47,709 nt of DNA from an uncultured Erysipelotrichaceae bacterium. Lineage in GTDB: Bacteria > Bacillota_I > Bacilli_A > RFN20 > CAG-826. The translations under genes were made by a program, and so were the position numbers. Positions 1 through 8,096 of this stretch are shown in pieces. The DNA is taken from the NCBI GenBank assembly GCA_947303755.1, contig CAMYZF010000001.1, positions 1-47,709 on the forward strand, read 5' to 3'. A model generated the notes under the pieces. It was given only the letters and a program-made list of their open reading frames with translations. It was not told the DNA's origin and made no database searches. Each line of letters starts with the position of its first letter. Within the stretch, counting starts at the first letter, position 1.

Positions 1-188
1 AAGAATGTATCAAAAACCCAATTGAACATGTTAAAGACAAAAGATATCCAAATACTTATTGCTACTATCACAATAGAAAACACGATAAAAACCACTTTAT
101 TAAGGTAGTTGTCAAAGTTAGAGCAGAAAATAAACAAATAGGTTGTATATCTTCTATGTTTATTACTAAAAAAATCAAAAATAAGTGA
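1..188 (+). CDS. 3' end of an ORF truncated by the window edge (frame starting at nt 3, stop TGA 186-188); hypothetical, possibly a phage/ICE-type nuclease-like C-terminal module
   Basis: Open frame from nt 3 translating ECIKNPIEHVKDKRYPNTYCYYHNRKHDKNHFIKVVVKVRAENKQIGCISSMFITKKIKNK*. The other two + frames are closed early. Below the ORF-track length cut-off. Confidence 0.4.
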   Translation, partial: ECIKNPIEHVKDKRYPNTYCYYHNRKHDKNHFIKVVVKVRAENKQIGCISSMFITKKIKNK

Positions 189-220
189 TGGCGTTAACTA
201 ATTAATGTGATAAAATATTG

Positions 221-343
221 TTGTCAAAGGTGGAAAGTCGCTGTGCGACCACGACGCATTTCTTAAGAAATGGATGGCTAGCGATTCAGGATGCAGCGCC
301 CTGATTGACAAATAATAACGTCTCGTTCGAGATGTTTTTATTT
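221..343 (+). ncRNA. Candidate orphan structured small RNA (four-way junction) with its own extended -10 promoter and intrinsic terminator
   Basis: TGaTAAAAT at 208-216. Perfect 7-bp closing helix 221-227/305-311. Internal hairpins at 230-252, 258-273 and 286-304, then a terminator at 317-343. No ORF; locally GC-richer than the flanks. Confidence 0.3.
317..343 (+). terminator. Intrinsic terminator
   Basis: AACGTCTC-gttc-GAGATGTT (8 bp, one G-T pair that only works on the + strand) followed by TTTATTT. Confidence 0.6.
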
Positions 344-408
344 AATCAACACCAATTCTCCCACAACTTGTGGGAAAATCATTTTATACCTTAGCTACTT
401 ACTCAAAA

Positions 409-440
409 GGCTTGATGAGATGTGTCAGTCCTTTTTCTTT
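409..440 (+). terminator. Terminator-like hairpin / possible attenuator upstream of the 515 CDS
   Basis: GGCTTGA-N9-TCAGTCC (6 of 7 pairs) followed by TTTTTCTTT. Confidence 0.35.
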
Positions 441-514
441 AGATAAAATCTAATTTTTTAAGTTTAAAGACGATTTGAAATGTTTATGTCTCTTTTTCAT
501 GGCATACTATACAT

Positions 515-1135
515 ATGAAATATTTGGTAATTATCTCAACGCTGTTTGTTATAGGATCCTTGCTTGGATGGATAATTGAATTATTCTTCAGAAGACTTGT
601 TTCACAAAAGAAATGGGTGAATCCAGGATTCCTCACTGGACCATATTTGCCAATCTATGGTTTTGGTGTTGTTGTTTTATATGCAGTGAGTAATATTCCT
701 TTAGGAATAGAATTGAAAGCAGTGGATATTATCGCCAGAATTATCATTATTGGTTTTGGCATGACTTTCATTGAATTCATCGCTGGACTTATTTTTATTA
801 AAGGCCTCAAGATTAAACTATGGGACTACAGTGACCGTAAAGGAAATATTATGGGTATCATCTGTCCAACATTCTCTTTAGTGTGGCTCGTTGTTGGTTC
901 TTTATACTATTTCCTTCTTAATCCAGTTTTAGTTGAAGGAATCAGCTGGATTAGTGAAAATCTCATTTACACTTTCTTTGTTGGTGGTGTCGTTGGTGCG
1001 ATGGTCGTGGATTTATCCTATTCAATCCACCTTGCCACCAAGCTAAAACAGTTCAAAGAGATGCAAGGATTACGCTTCGAAGAATTTAAGAAAGAATTCA
1101 AGAAAAAAGTCAACGAGCTTAAAAGCAAGATTTAG
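515..1135 (+). CDS. Polytopic membrane protein, PF06541 (DUF1113, putative ABC-transporter type IV) family
   Basis: N-terminal signature LGWIIELFFRRL...NPGFLTGPYLPIYGFG is typical of this family. Several TM helices. Confidence 0.6.
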   Translation: MKYLVIISTLFVIGSLLGWIIELFFRRLVSQKKWVNPGFLTGPYLPIYGFGVVVLYAVSNIPLGIELKAVDIIARIIIIGFGMTFIEFIAGLIFIKGLKIKLWDYSDRKGNIMGIICPTFSLVWLVVGSLYYFLLNPVLVEGISWISENLIYTFFVGGVVGAMVVDLSYSIHLATKLKQFKEMQGLRFEEFKKEFKKKVNELKSKI

Positions 1136-1247
1136 TCTTGTGAGTCTGTTTTAAGCAAAAAAAGAACTTAAAACTATGCTTAATAAGTAATGTCCGGTTT
1201 TGTTCCACTGTATCAAAACACTGTAAACCAGCCATTTAACCTTTCGT

Positions 1248-1278
1248 GCCAGATATTTATTGTCTCTGGCTTTTTCTT
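1248..1278 (+). terminator. Intrinsic terminator
   Basis: GCCAGA-N11-TCTGGC followed by TTTTTCTT. Confidence 0.5.
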
Positions 1279-1321
1279 GTTAAAACAACATTAATGTTGT
1301 ATATTGTTTTTAACATTCAAA

Positions 1322-2131
1322 ATGATTACTTTTACTAATTTCTACGAATGGTTCTTTCAAGAAAAAGATCGTCCTGCTGCAGGACTATTTTCTTTTGGCC
1401 ACTTGTTTAGTGTGACTCTTTGCTTAGCCATCTTTCTAACAGGTGCTTATTTTTTAGCAAAACTGTTTAGAGGCAACGAAAAGAAACAAAATTTAGTTCT
1501 ACTAATAAGCGGAATCGCGATTATTGTTTTAGAAATAATCAAGATTACTTATTGTTGTGTTGGCACGAATAATTTAGCAGACGCTATTTTAGGCAATTGG
1601 CCTTTATATTTCTGTGATATCCCAATATATGTTGTTTTGGTGTCTGCTTTAAGCAAGGGTAGAGTAAAAGACTGCTGTCTTGATTTTTTAGCGATATGCG
1701 GCTTATTAATGGGCTTTATGGGCAACTATTTTGCGGGCAATATATATGGCAGTCATGCTGCCTTCTCATTCTTCGCTCTTAATAGTTTATTAAACCATTC
1801 ATTATCCGCGTTTGTTTCTTTGTTTATTTGGGTCTCAAAATTAAACAAAATGGAGAAAAGAAATATTCCATTTGTTATCGGTATTCTTTTCACGTTTATG
1901 ACTATCGCCTTAATCCTAGATTATTGTTTCCATAAGAACTTTATGTTCTTCTTCTTTGGAGATGGCACTCCATTTACATTGTTCTTCGATCTTGTTAGAG
2001 GTAACCTAATACTCTACCAGATGATTATTTATATTTTGCAATGTGGATACATTGGTTTGTTCTATGTTGTCTACTACGCGATAATCAAACAATACAAAAA
2101 GAAACATCCTCAAGAAGCGGTCTCAAATTAA
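1322..2131 (+). CDS. Integral membrane protein, YwaF/TMEM164-like (TIGR02206-type)
   Basis: The track ORF begins at a TTG at 1304; the first ATG is 1322 (MITFTNFYEWFF). Pattern FSFGHL...WPLYFCD across multiple TM helices resembles this family. Confidence 0.45.
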   Translation: MITFTNFYEWFFQEKDRPAAGLFSFGHLFSVTLCLAIFLTGAYFLAKLFRGNEKKQNLVLLISGIAIIVLEIIKITYCCVGTNNLADAILGNWPLYFCDIPIYVVLVSALSKGRVKDCCLDFLAICGLLMGFMGNYFAGNIYGSHAAFSFFALNSLLNHSLSAFVSLFIWVSKLNKMEKRNIPFVIGILFTFMTIALILDYCFHKNFMFFFFGDGTPFTLFFDLVRGNLILYQMIIYILQCGYIGLFYVVYYAIIKQYKKKHPQEAVSN

Positions 2132-2143
2132 GATCGCTTTTTA
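2116..2143 (+). terminator. Intrinsic terminator overlapping the stop codon
   Basis: AGCGGTC-N9-GATCGCT (one G-T pair) followed by TTTTTATT. Confidence 0.55.
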
Positions 2144-2233
2144 TTATCAGAGTTCTTTTTTATTCTTTTTTATTTTAGATTCGTTTAGAATATCTCCAGG
2201 ATATAAATATCCGTCTCTATTAGTAGGTAATCA

Positions 2234-5200
2234 ATGAACAAAATTAGAAGTCGTCGTTCAAGGCTTGGTCTAGTTTCCATTATATTGGCCGCTTTCGTAT
2301 TGATGCCTTCTTTTCTTTTTGCTCATAAAAATGAACCTAGTAATGATGGTGGAGTTTTAATAACTGACAAAGTCGAAGATGGTCCAATCTTTTATCCTGC
2401 TGAGTATTCTAGTGACATTACTAATGAGCCAAGCTACGCTACTCAAAATAGTTACACCTTTTCCTCGATGAATTTTGGAAACACTCACAAATACTATCGA
2501 GGTGACTCTGTTAAAGTAGCAGTCATCGATAGTGGTCTTAACTATACTCACGAAGATTTTGCTGATTCAAACGGTAATCAAATCATTCAAGGACATTCCC
2601 GCACTATTGATGATTCAAGCGGAAGTTTCAAATATTACCAATTTGATTATAGTTCAGGAAATAAGGCAAAGATTGTTGATACTCTAGGGCACGGTACAAA
2701 TGTTGCTTCTGTTATCGCTAGTCAGATTAATGCTTTAGGATGTGCTGGTATCGCTCCTAATGTCGAATTATATGTTTACAAAGTAACCAACACATCAAAT
2801 GGCTATGAATGGGATGCTATTAATAGCGCTTTGGCATATTGTATTGATGAAGGTATTGATGTCGTCAATATGTCCTTCCAAGCCTACGAACACTCTGTCA
2901 CTTATAATGGCTCAACAATGTCTGCTTCAACAGGTTGTTCTAACGTTCTCACATATTGGATCAACCAATGTTATAGCTCTGGCATTACCTTAGTGGCAGC
3001 AGCAGGCAACTACAACACGAGCGAACCATCTTATCCTGCTAGCAACAATCACGTTATTTCTGTTGGTGCTTTAGCAGAATCTTCAACAACTACAAAAGCC
3101 GCTTATTCAAATACTTATGGAATTGATTTAGTTGCTCCAGGAACAGTTTATGTTGCAGATAAAGGAACCAACTCTTCTTATAAGAAAACACCAGGAACCT
3201 CGTTTTCTTCACCAATTGTTACCGCAGCAATTGCTTTATATAAGCAACAACATCCAACTGCAACCCCATCAGAAATAGAAGCTGCCCTTTATGCATCATG
3301 TGATGCGATTAGTGGTAATCCAAGTTGGGCAGGAAATGGAAGGCTCAATATTGATAATTTTTTAGGTATCGATGTTAGCGATGCACCTATTGAAATCGTT
3401 ATCAACAATCCTGAAGTAGTAGATGAAGAATTAGAATTAGAAATCGGCGATTATCTTGATCTAGATTGGGATGTAAATGGAAATGGAACCTTTGATCATT
3501 CAGTTAATTTCTATACCCTCTCGGGAGAAGACAATGTTGTCTCAGTAAGTAACACTGGAAGAATCACTGCCACAGGTGTTGGAAGTGATTATGTTGTTAT
3601 TGAATCAAATGTTGATTCAAATGTTTATGCTGATCTTTATGTTACGGTTACATCTTCTGGAGGATCTTCTCCAACAGTTTCATCTGTTAGTGTTTCCCCT
3701 TCATCTTTAAGTCTAGACTTAAATGGCACGACTACGGGAACTTTAACTGCGACAGTTAACGGCGATAATAATCCATCTCAAGCTGTTACATGGTCAAGTA
3801 GCAATACAAGTATTGCGACCGTATCGGCTTCAGGTGTTGTCACTGCCAAAGCAACTGGTAGTTCAACTATTACAGCGACCTCACAAGCGGATCAAACTAA
3901 ATCAGGTACTTGTACAGTCACAGTTACGGATTCAACCGTTCATGTTTCTAGTGTTTCTTTAAATAAAAATTCAACATCCATTGAGGCTGGTAGTAGTGAA
4001 ACACTTACCGCAACAGTTTCGCCTAATAACGCAACGAATAAAAATGTTACTTGGTCAAGCAGCAACACAAGTGTTGCAACTGTAAGTGGTGGTGTGATTA
4101 GCGCTAAAGCAACAGGCAGCGCAACAATAACTGTCACAACAGTCGATGGAAGTAAAACTGCAACTTGTTTAGTTACGGTCACAGATGCGCAAATAGAAAC
4201 ATTAACGATTACTCGTTCCTCATTTTCAACTTCTGGCGGATATGCTTGGTACGATTGGTCTCAAGCGACATCTGACAACGGCTCAACAATCACTGGAAAA
4301 GGTGAATTATACACAACTACAACAACCTCAATGCAATTCAATAAGAGCAAAGGAAGCAAAGTTGCTGCTATCTATAATAGTGATGCAATTCCTGGATCAA
4401 TTACCAAAATTGAGGCTACTTCACAACAAACAACGATTAGATCTTGGACAGCTTATGTTACATCAACAGCTTGTTCTGGAAGTGGTTCAACTTTAACCTT
4501 CGGTAGTAATAAGACAACTGTTGGTACAGTTTCACCAACAGTCGGAACATCTACATCTTTTGGAACATCATCTGCTGGTTATTCATATTTCTGTATTCAA
4601 GAAAACGATTCCAGTGCATCTTACATTTCCGAATTTAAGATTACTTACATTCCAAAAGCAATAAGTTCTATTGCAGTAAAAACCGCTCCTACGAAAACAA
4701 CATATAATGTTGGAGACTATTTTGATCCTAGTGGACTAATAATTACCGCTACATATTCTGATAACTCGACTAAAGATATCGCTTATTCTAGTACAGCTGG
4801 TTTTACATTCACTCCTTCTTTAGAAACCGCTCTTCAAGGAAGCGATACAAGTGTAACAATCACCTATGGTGGAAAGAGCTGTTCACAAGCTATTTCGGTC
4901 AAAGAATTATCCTCAATCTCTATTAGTGGCTACACAACTTCCTTTATGGAAGGTGATTCTTTCTCCTTTGGAGGAATTGTTACAGCGAATTATTCTGATA
5001 GTACCAGTGCTAATGTGACATCATCTGCTACATTTACTGGCTACAACATGACTTCTATTGGAAATCAAACTGTCACAGTTAGTTATGGTGGAAAGACTGC
5101 AACCTATATCATCACTGTTAGTGCGGGTACGCCTTCATCCATTTCTCTCAGCGGTCAAACAACTAACTATGTTAAGAATCAACCATTTAGTTTTGATGGA

Positions 5201-6160
5201 ACTTGTACCGTTACATTCACTAACGGATATCAAAAAGTTGTGACACCAACTAGTGTTTCTTCCCCTAATATGTCTACAAGTGGAGTGAAAACTGTTACTG
5301 TGACTTATTTAACTGTTTCAACTACTTACGATATCACCATTTCTTCAAGTCGTGTTGTCTATGAAACAACAACCACAACTGGCTATTCAGTGATTGGAAC
5401 AATCACCTATCCAAATAATACTAAGACTATTTCTGTAAATACATTGTCAGCGGACACTAGCGGATATACAACAATCGAATCCAACGCTATTAGATTAGGA
5501 TCTGGAAGCAATACTGGTACCGTCACAGTTACTTCAACAACTTCAAATATTACAAAGATTGTAGTTAGTGCTAAAACGTATGGATCTGATACCGGTGTTA
5601 CATTAACTATTGATGGCACTAGTAACTCAATCACATCTTCTTATGCCGATTATTCAAAAGAATTTGCGACTGCCACTAATTCTATTGCTATAGCAACAAC
5701 TGCATCGAAGAAACGTGCATATATTCAAACAATCACCGTTTATGAGACGAAGGAAACCGAGATTCAAACAGATATTTTTAACAGTGAGGATTGTTTAGGA
5801 CTTGAAACATTCATTGATAGCTACCTACATTTTGAATACACCGAAAATCTTGGTTATTGCAAAGACAACGAACATCATTACTACGCAACTGCTAAGACAG
5901 CATTTAATGCTTTAAATAGCCATCAAAGAAAATTATTTACCGAAAACTCAGCATACAGTGTTGAGTGGGCACGTTTATCAGCGTGGGCAACTGCGAATGG
6001 TGATACTTTAAATTCGTCATCAGTTTTAACGAACGCGCCAAAAATTTCTCCAATTGTTACAAGCAGCAATCCAAATACCATTGTAATAGTTGTAATTGCT
6101 TCACTTATAGCTATCACAGCTACTGGTGGATACTTCTTCTTAAGAAGAAAAGAAGATTAA
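2234..6160 (+). CDS. Cell-surface subtilisin-like serine protease (peptidase S8) with Big_2 and other Ig-like repeats and a C-terminal TM anchor
   Basis: Signal peptide. Catalytic triad motifs VAVIDSGL, GHGTNVAS and GTSFSSP. Three Big_2-like repeats (VSVSP...ATVS..GVVTAKATGS.TITAT). Further Ig-like repeats (TKTTYNVGDYFDPSGLIITATYSD). C-terminal helix IVIVVIASLIAITATGGYFFLRRKED. Confidence 0.85.
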   Translation: MNKIRSRRSRLGLVSIILAAFVLMPSFLFAHKNEPSNDGGVLITDKVEDGPIFYPAEYSSDITNEPSYATQNSYTFSSMNFGNTHKYYRGDSVKVAVIDSGLNYTHEDFADSNGNQIIQGHSRTIDDSSGSFKYYQFDYSSGNKAKIVDTLGHGTNVASVIASQINALGCAGIAPNVELYVYKVTNTSNGYEWDAINSALAYCIDEGIDVVNMSFQAYEHSVTYNGSTMSASTGCSNVLTYWINQCYSSGITLVAAAGNYNTSEPSYPASNNHVISVGALAESSTTTKAAYSNTYGIDLVAPGTVYVADKGTNSSYKKTPGTSFSSPIVTAAIALYKQQHPTATPSEIEAALYASCDAISGNPSWAGNGRLNIDNFLGIDVSDAPIEIVINNPEVVDEELELEIGDYLDLDWDVNGNGTFDHSVNFYTLSGEDNVVSVSNTGRITATGVGSDYVVIESNVDSNVYADLYVTVTSSGGSSPTVSSVSVSPSSLSLDLNGTTTGTLTATVNGDNNPSQAVTWSSSNTSIATVSASGVVTAKATGSSTITATSQADQTKSGTCTVTVTDSTVHVSSVSLNKNSTSIEAGSSETLTATVSPNNATNKNVTWSSSNTSVATVSGGVISAKATGSATITVTTVDGSKTATCLVTVTDAQIETLTITRSSFSTSGGYAWYDWSQATSDNGSTITGKGELYTTTTTSMQFNKSKGSKVAAIYNSDAIPGSITKIEATSQQTTIRSWTAYVTSTACSGSGSTLTFGSNKTTVGTVSPTVGTSTSFGTSSAGYSYFCIQENDSSASYISEFKITYIPKAISSIAVKTAPTKTTYNVGDYFDPSGLIITATYSDNSTKDIAYSSTAGFTFTPSLETALQGSDTSVTITYGGKSCSQAISVKELSSISISGYTTSFMEGDSFSFGGIVTANYSDSTSANVTSSATFTGYNMTSIGNQTVTVSYGGKTATYIITVSAGTPSSISLSGQTTNYVKNQPFSFDGTCTVTFTNGYQKVVTPTSVSSPNMSTSGVKTVTVTYLTVSTTYDITISSSRVVYETTTTTGYSVIGTITYPNNTKTISVNTLSADTSGYTTIESNAIRLGSGSNTGTVTVTSTTSNITKIVVSAKTYGSDTGVTLTIDGTSNSITSSYADYSKEFATATNSIAIATTASKKRAYIQTITVYETKETEIQTDIFNSEDCLGLETFIDSYLHFEYTENLGYCKDNEHHYYATAKTAFNALNSHQRKLFTENSAYSVEWARLSAWATANGDTLNSSSVLTNAPKISPIVTSSNPNTIVIVVIASLIAITATGGYFFLRRKED

Positions 6161-6175
6161 TTGGTTTTCGAAATG

Positions 6176-6205
6176 ACAATCCGGTACAAAAGGATTGTTT
6201 TCTTT
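6176..6205 (+). terminator. Intrinsic terminator
   Basis: ACAATCC-N9-GGATTGT followed by TTTTCTTT. Confidence 0.7.
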
Positions 6206-6208
6206 ATA

Positions 6209-6237
6209 TTTACAAAGTATTTCACAAAGTATATTAT
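6209..6237 (+). promoter_or_regulatory. Sigma-A-like promoter of the trpB unit, containing a 9-bp direct repeat
   Basis: TTTACA, 17-nt spacer, TATTAT. ACAAAGTAT occurs twice (6212-6220 and 6224-6232). Confidence 0.45.
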
Positions 6238-6272
6238 TGGTATAACTATTGTGCCGAAAGGAAATAAAAGGT

Positions 6273-7685
6273 ATGAAATATCTATCCGTTTCAGAAATGT
6301 CATTAAAGTGGGGGATCAATGAAAGAAGAATTAGAGCCCTCTTAAAAGAAAAAAGGATCGAAGGTGCAAAATACGAAAAGCATCGCTATTTAATTCCAGA
6401 GAACGCCCCAAAACCATTAGATAGAAGAGTAAAAGGCCAAAGATTATTTGAAGATTCACCGCTTAAAGAAGTGAATTTTGATTTCAAGAATTATCGTAAA
6501 CAATTCCCAACTCCAGATGGTTATTTTGGACGCTATGGTGGCTCCTTCCTTCCACCTCATCTTGAGAAAGCTTTTGAGGAGATTTATGATGGTTATCTAA
6601 CTATCGCTAAAAGTGCAAAATTCATCGCAGAACTCCGTCAAATTAGAAAACATTATCAAGGTAGACCAACACCAATTTATCATTGTCAAAACCTTTCAAA
6701 TTATCTTGGAAAAGTTCAGATTTATTTAAAGAGAGAAGACCTCAATCATGGTGGTGCTCATAAGCTCAATAATGCGATGGGGCAAGCCTTACTTGCGAAA
6801 TATTTAGGCAAGAAAAAACTCATTGCCGAAACTGGTGCAGGTTCTCATGGATCTGCAGTTGCGATGGCTGCAGCCTATTTTGGTTTAGAGTGTGACATAT
6901 ACATGGGTGAAGTTGATATGGAAAAACAAGCACCAAACGTCGCTCGTATCAAAGTGTTAGGCGCAAATGTTATTCCAGTTAAGTTCGGTACAAAGACATT
7001 AAAAGAAGCAGTGGATGCCGCTTTTGAAGCTTACTCGAAAGAATACAAAACTGCCTTTTATGTATTAGGAAGTGCAGTTGGACCTCATCCATATCCACTT
7101 ATCGTTCGTGATTTCCAAGACGTTATTGGTGTTGAAGCCAAACAACAATTCTTAGAGATGACTGGCGAACTTCCAGATATCGTCACAGCCTGTGTCGGTG
7201 GTGGAAGTAATGCGATTGGTATGTTCGAAGCCTTCTTAGAAGAACCAGTTAATATCGTAGGTGTTGAAGCGTTAGGAACAGGAGAGAAACTTGGTGAGAA
7301 CGCTGCAACTATGACCTTTGGTAAGGAAATGGTTCTCCATGGTTTTAAATCTTTAGTGCTTCAAAAAGAAGATGGCACTCCAGGGGATGCTTATTCAATT
7401 GCTAGTGGTCTTGATTACCCAGGTGTTGGACCAGAACATGCTTTCCTCAGAGAAATTGGTCGCGTCAAATACGAAGCAATCAGTGATGATGAAGCCGCAG
7501 AAGCGTTCTTCTTATTATCTAGACTTGAAGGCATTATTCCAGCGATTGAATCAAGCCACGCTTTAGCGTATGCCATCAAATGCGCTAGAAGCATGAAGAG
7601 TGGAAGTATCTTAGTGAACCTCTCAGGAAGAGGCGACAAAGATATGGATTACATGCTTAAAAGATATCCGCATATGTTTAGGTAA
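6273..7685 (+). CDS. trpB: Tryptophan synthase beta chain with an N-terminal HTH (excisionase/MerR-like) extension
   Basis: First ATG at 6273 after AAAGGAAATAAAAGG. N-terminus [32 protein letters not shown]. TrpB motifs [23 protein letters not shown] (PLP lysine), [26 protein letters not shown] and SGRGDKD. Confidence 0.85.
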   Translation: MKYLSVSEMSLKWGINERRIRALLKEKRIEGAKYEKHRYLIPENAPKPLDRRVKGQRLFEDSPLKEVNFDFKNYRKQFPTPDGYFGRYGGSFLPPHLEKAFEEIYDGYLTIAKSAKFIAELRQIRKHYQGRPTPIYHCQNLSNYLGKVQIYLKREDLNHGGAHKLNNAMGQALLAKYLGKKKLIAETGAGSHGSAVAMAAAYFGLECDIYMGEVDMEKQAPNVARIKVLGANVIPVKFGTKTLKEAVDAAFEAYSKEYKTAFYVLGSAVGPHPYPLIVRDFQDVIGVEAKQQFLEMTGELPDIVTACVGGGSNAIGMFEAFLEEPVNIVGVEALGTGEKLGENAATMTFGKEMVLHGFKSLVLQKEDGTPGDAYSIASGLDYPGVGPEHAFLREIGRVKYEAISDDEAAEAFFLLSRLEGIIPAIESSHALAYAIKCARSMKSGSILVNLSGRGDKDMDYMLKRYPHMFR

Positions 7686-7718
7686 GGTACAATATATTTG
7701 TAATTCGAGGAGTTAAAA

Positions 7719-7976
7719 ATGGAATACAAATCATCTTATAACGAAATCTACACCGAAGATGCGATGGGAAAACATATCGGTTATATCAAATTTGAAAACA
7801 TTGGTTTTAATACATATTGCATTACCGAGACACATGTTGACTTCATTTTAGAAGGACAAAATGTCGATGGTAAGTTAGTTGAACTAGCTGTAAAAGAGAT
7901 TAGAGATCGTGGCGGAAAAATCACCGCGACCGATCCTTTTGCAAAAGCTTGGTTAGTACGAAACAGAATTATCTAG
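7719..7976 (+). CDS. Small GNAT-like protein (YjdJ-type, PF14542-like)
   Basis: 85 aa with RBS GAGGAG. The pattern GYIKF....TYCITETHVD....GQNVDGKLVELAVKEIRDRGGKITATDPFAK resembles the short GCN5-related YjdJ family. Confidence 0.5.
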   Translation: MEYKSSYNEIYTEDAMGKHIGYIKFENIGFNTYCITETHVDFILEGQNVDGKLVELAVKEIRDRGGKITATDPFAKAWLVRNRII

Positions 7977-7993
7977 AAAAAAAGTTTTCATCA

Positions 7994-8022
7994 TGCGCGC
8001 TATTCAAGGTTAATAGCAGCGC
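7994..8022. other. GC-rich imperfect palindrome/hairpin without a T-tract
   Basis: GCGCGCTATT-N7-AATAGC(A)GCGC, 10 bp with one bulge. A second small hairpin CCCT-N5-AGGG follows. It lies upstream of the predicted promoter of the next gene. Confidence 0.4.
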
Positions 8023-8044
8023 GTGCGACCCCCTCTTTCAGGGT

Positions 8045-8072
8045 GTTGACTTAAGTCATATTTTAGTTATCA
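8045..8072 (+). promoter_or_regulatory. Candidate promoter
   Basis: TTGACT, 16-nt spacer, TATCAT. Confidence 0.4.
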
Positions 8073-8096
8073 TTTAGACAATATCGGAGGTTAACT

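Noticed and set aside
229-240. GGTGGAAAGTCG resembles the RNase P RNA CR-I motif (GAGGAAAGUCC).
   Set aside because: The structured segment is only about 90 nt before a terminator. The other universally conserved RNase P elements (for example the ACAGAA..GGCUUA region) are absent.
243-250. The octamer GTGCGACC is shared between the RNA at 221-311 and the GC-rich island at 8022-8029, suggesting a repeated element.
   Set aside because: Similarity does not extend beyond the 8-mer, so it is most likely chance.
221-311. Possible SAM-I riboswitch: four-way junction, 5' TTGTCAAAGGTGGA similar to TTATCAAGAG.GGTGGAGGGA, and TGCAGCG near the 3' side.
   Set aside because: Core conserved blocks (GGCCC, GCAACC, GGTGCTAA) are missing. 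The downstream gene is not sulfur- or methionine-related. Also not a tRNA, since the arm and loop sizes are wrong.
6161-6272. T-box or other tryptophan-responsive leader upstream of trpB.
   Set aside because: Only about 35 nt lie between the predicted -10 and the start codon. There is no AGAGA/GNUGNNA stem I features and no T-box sequence.
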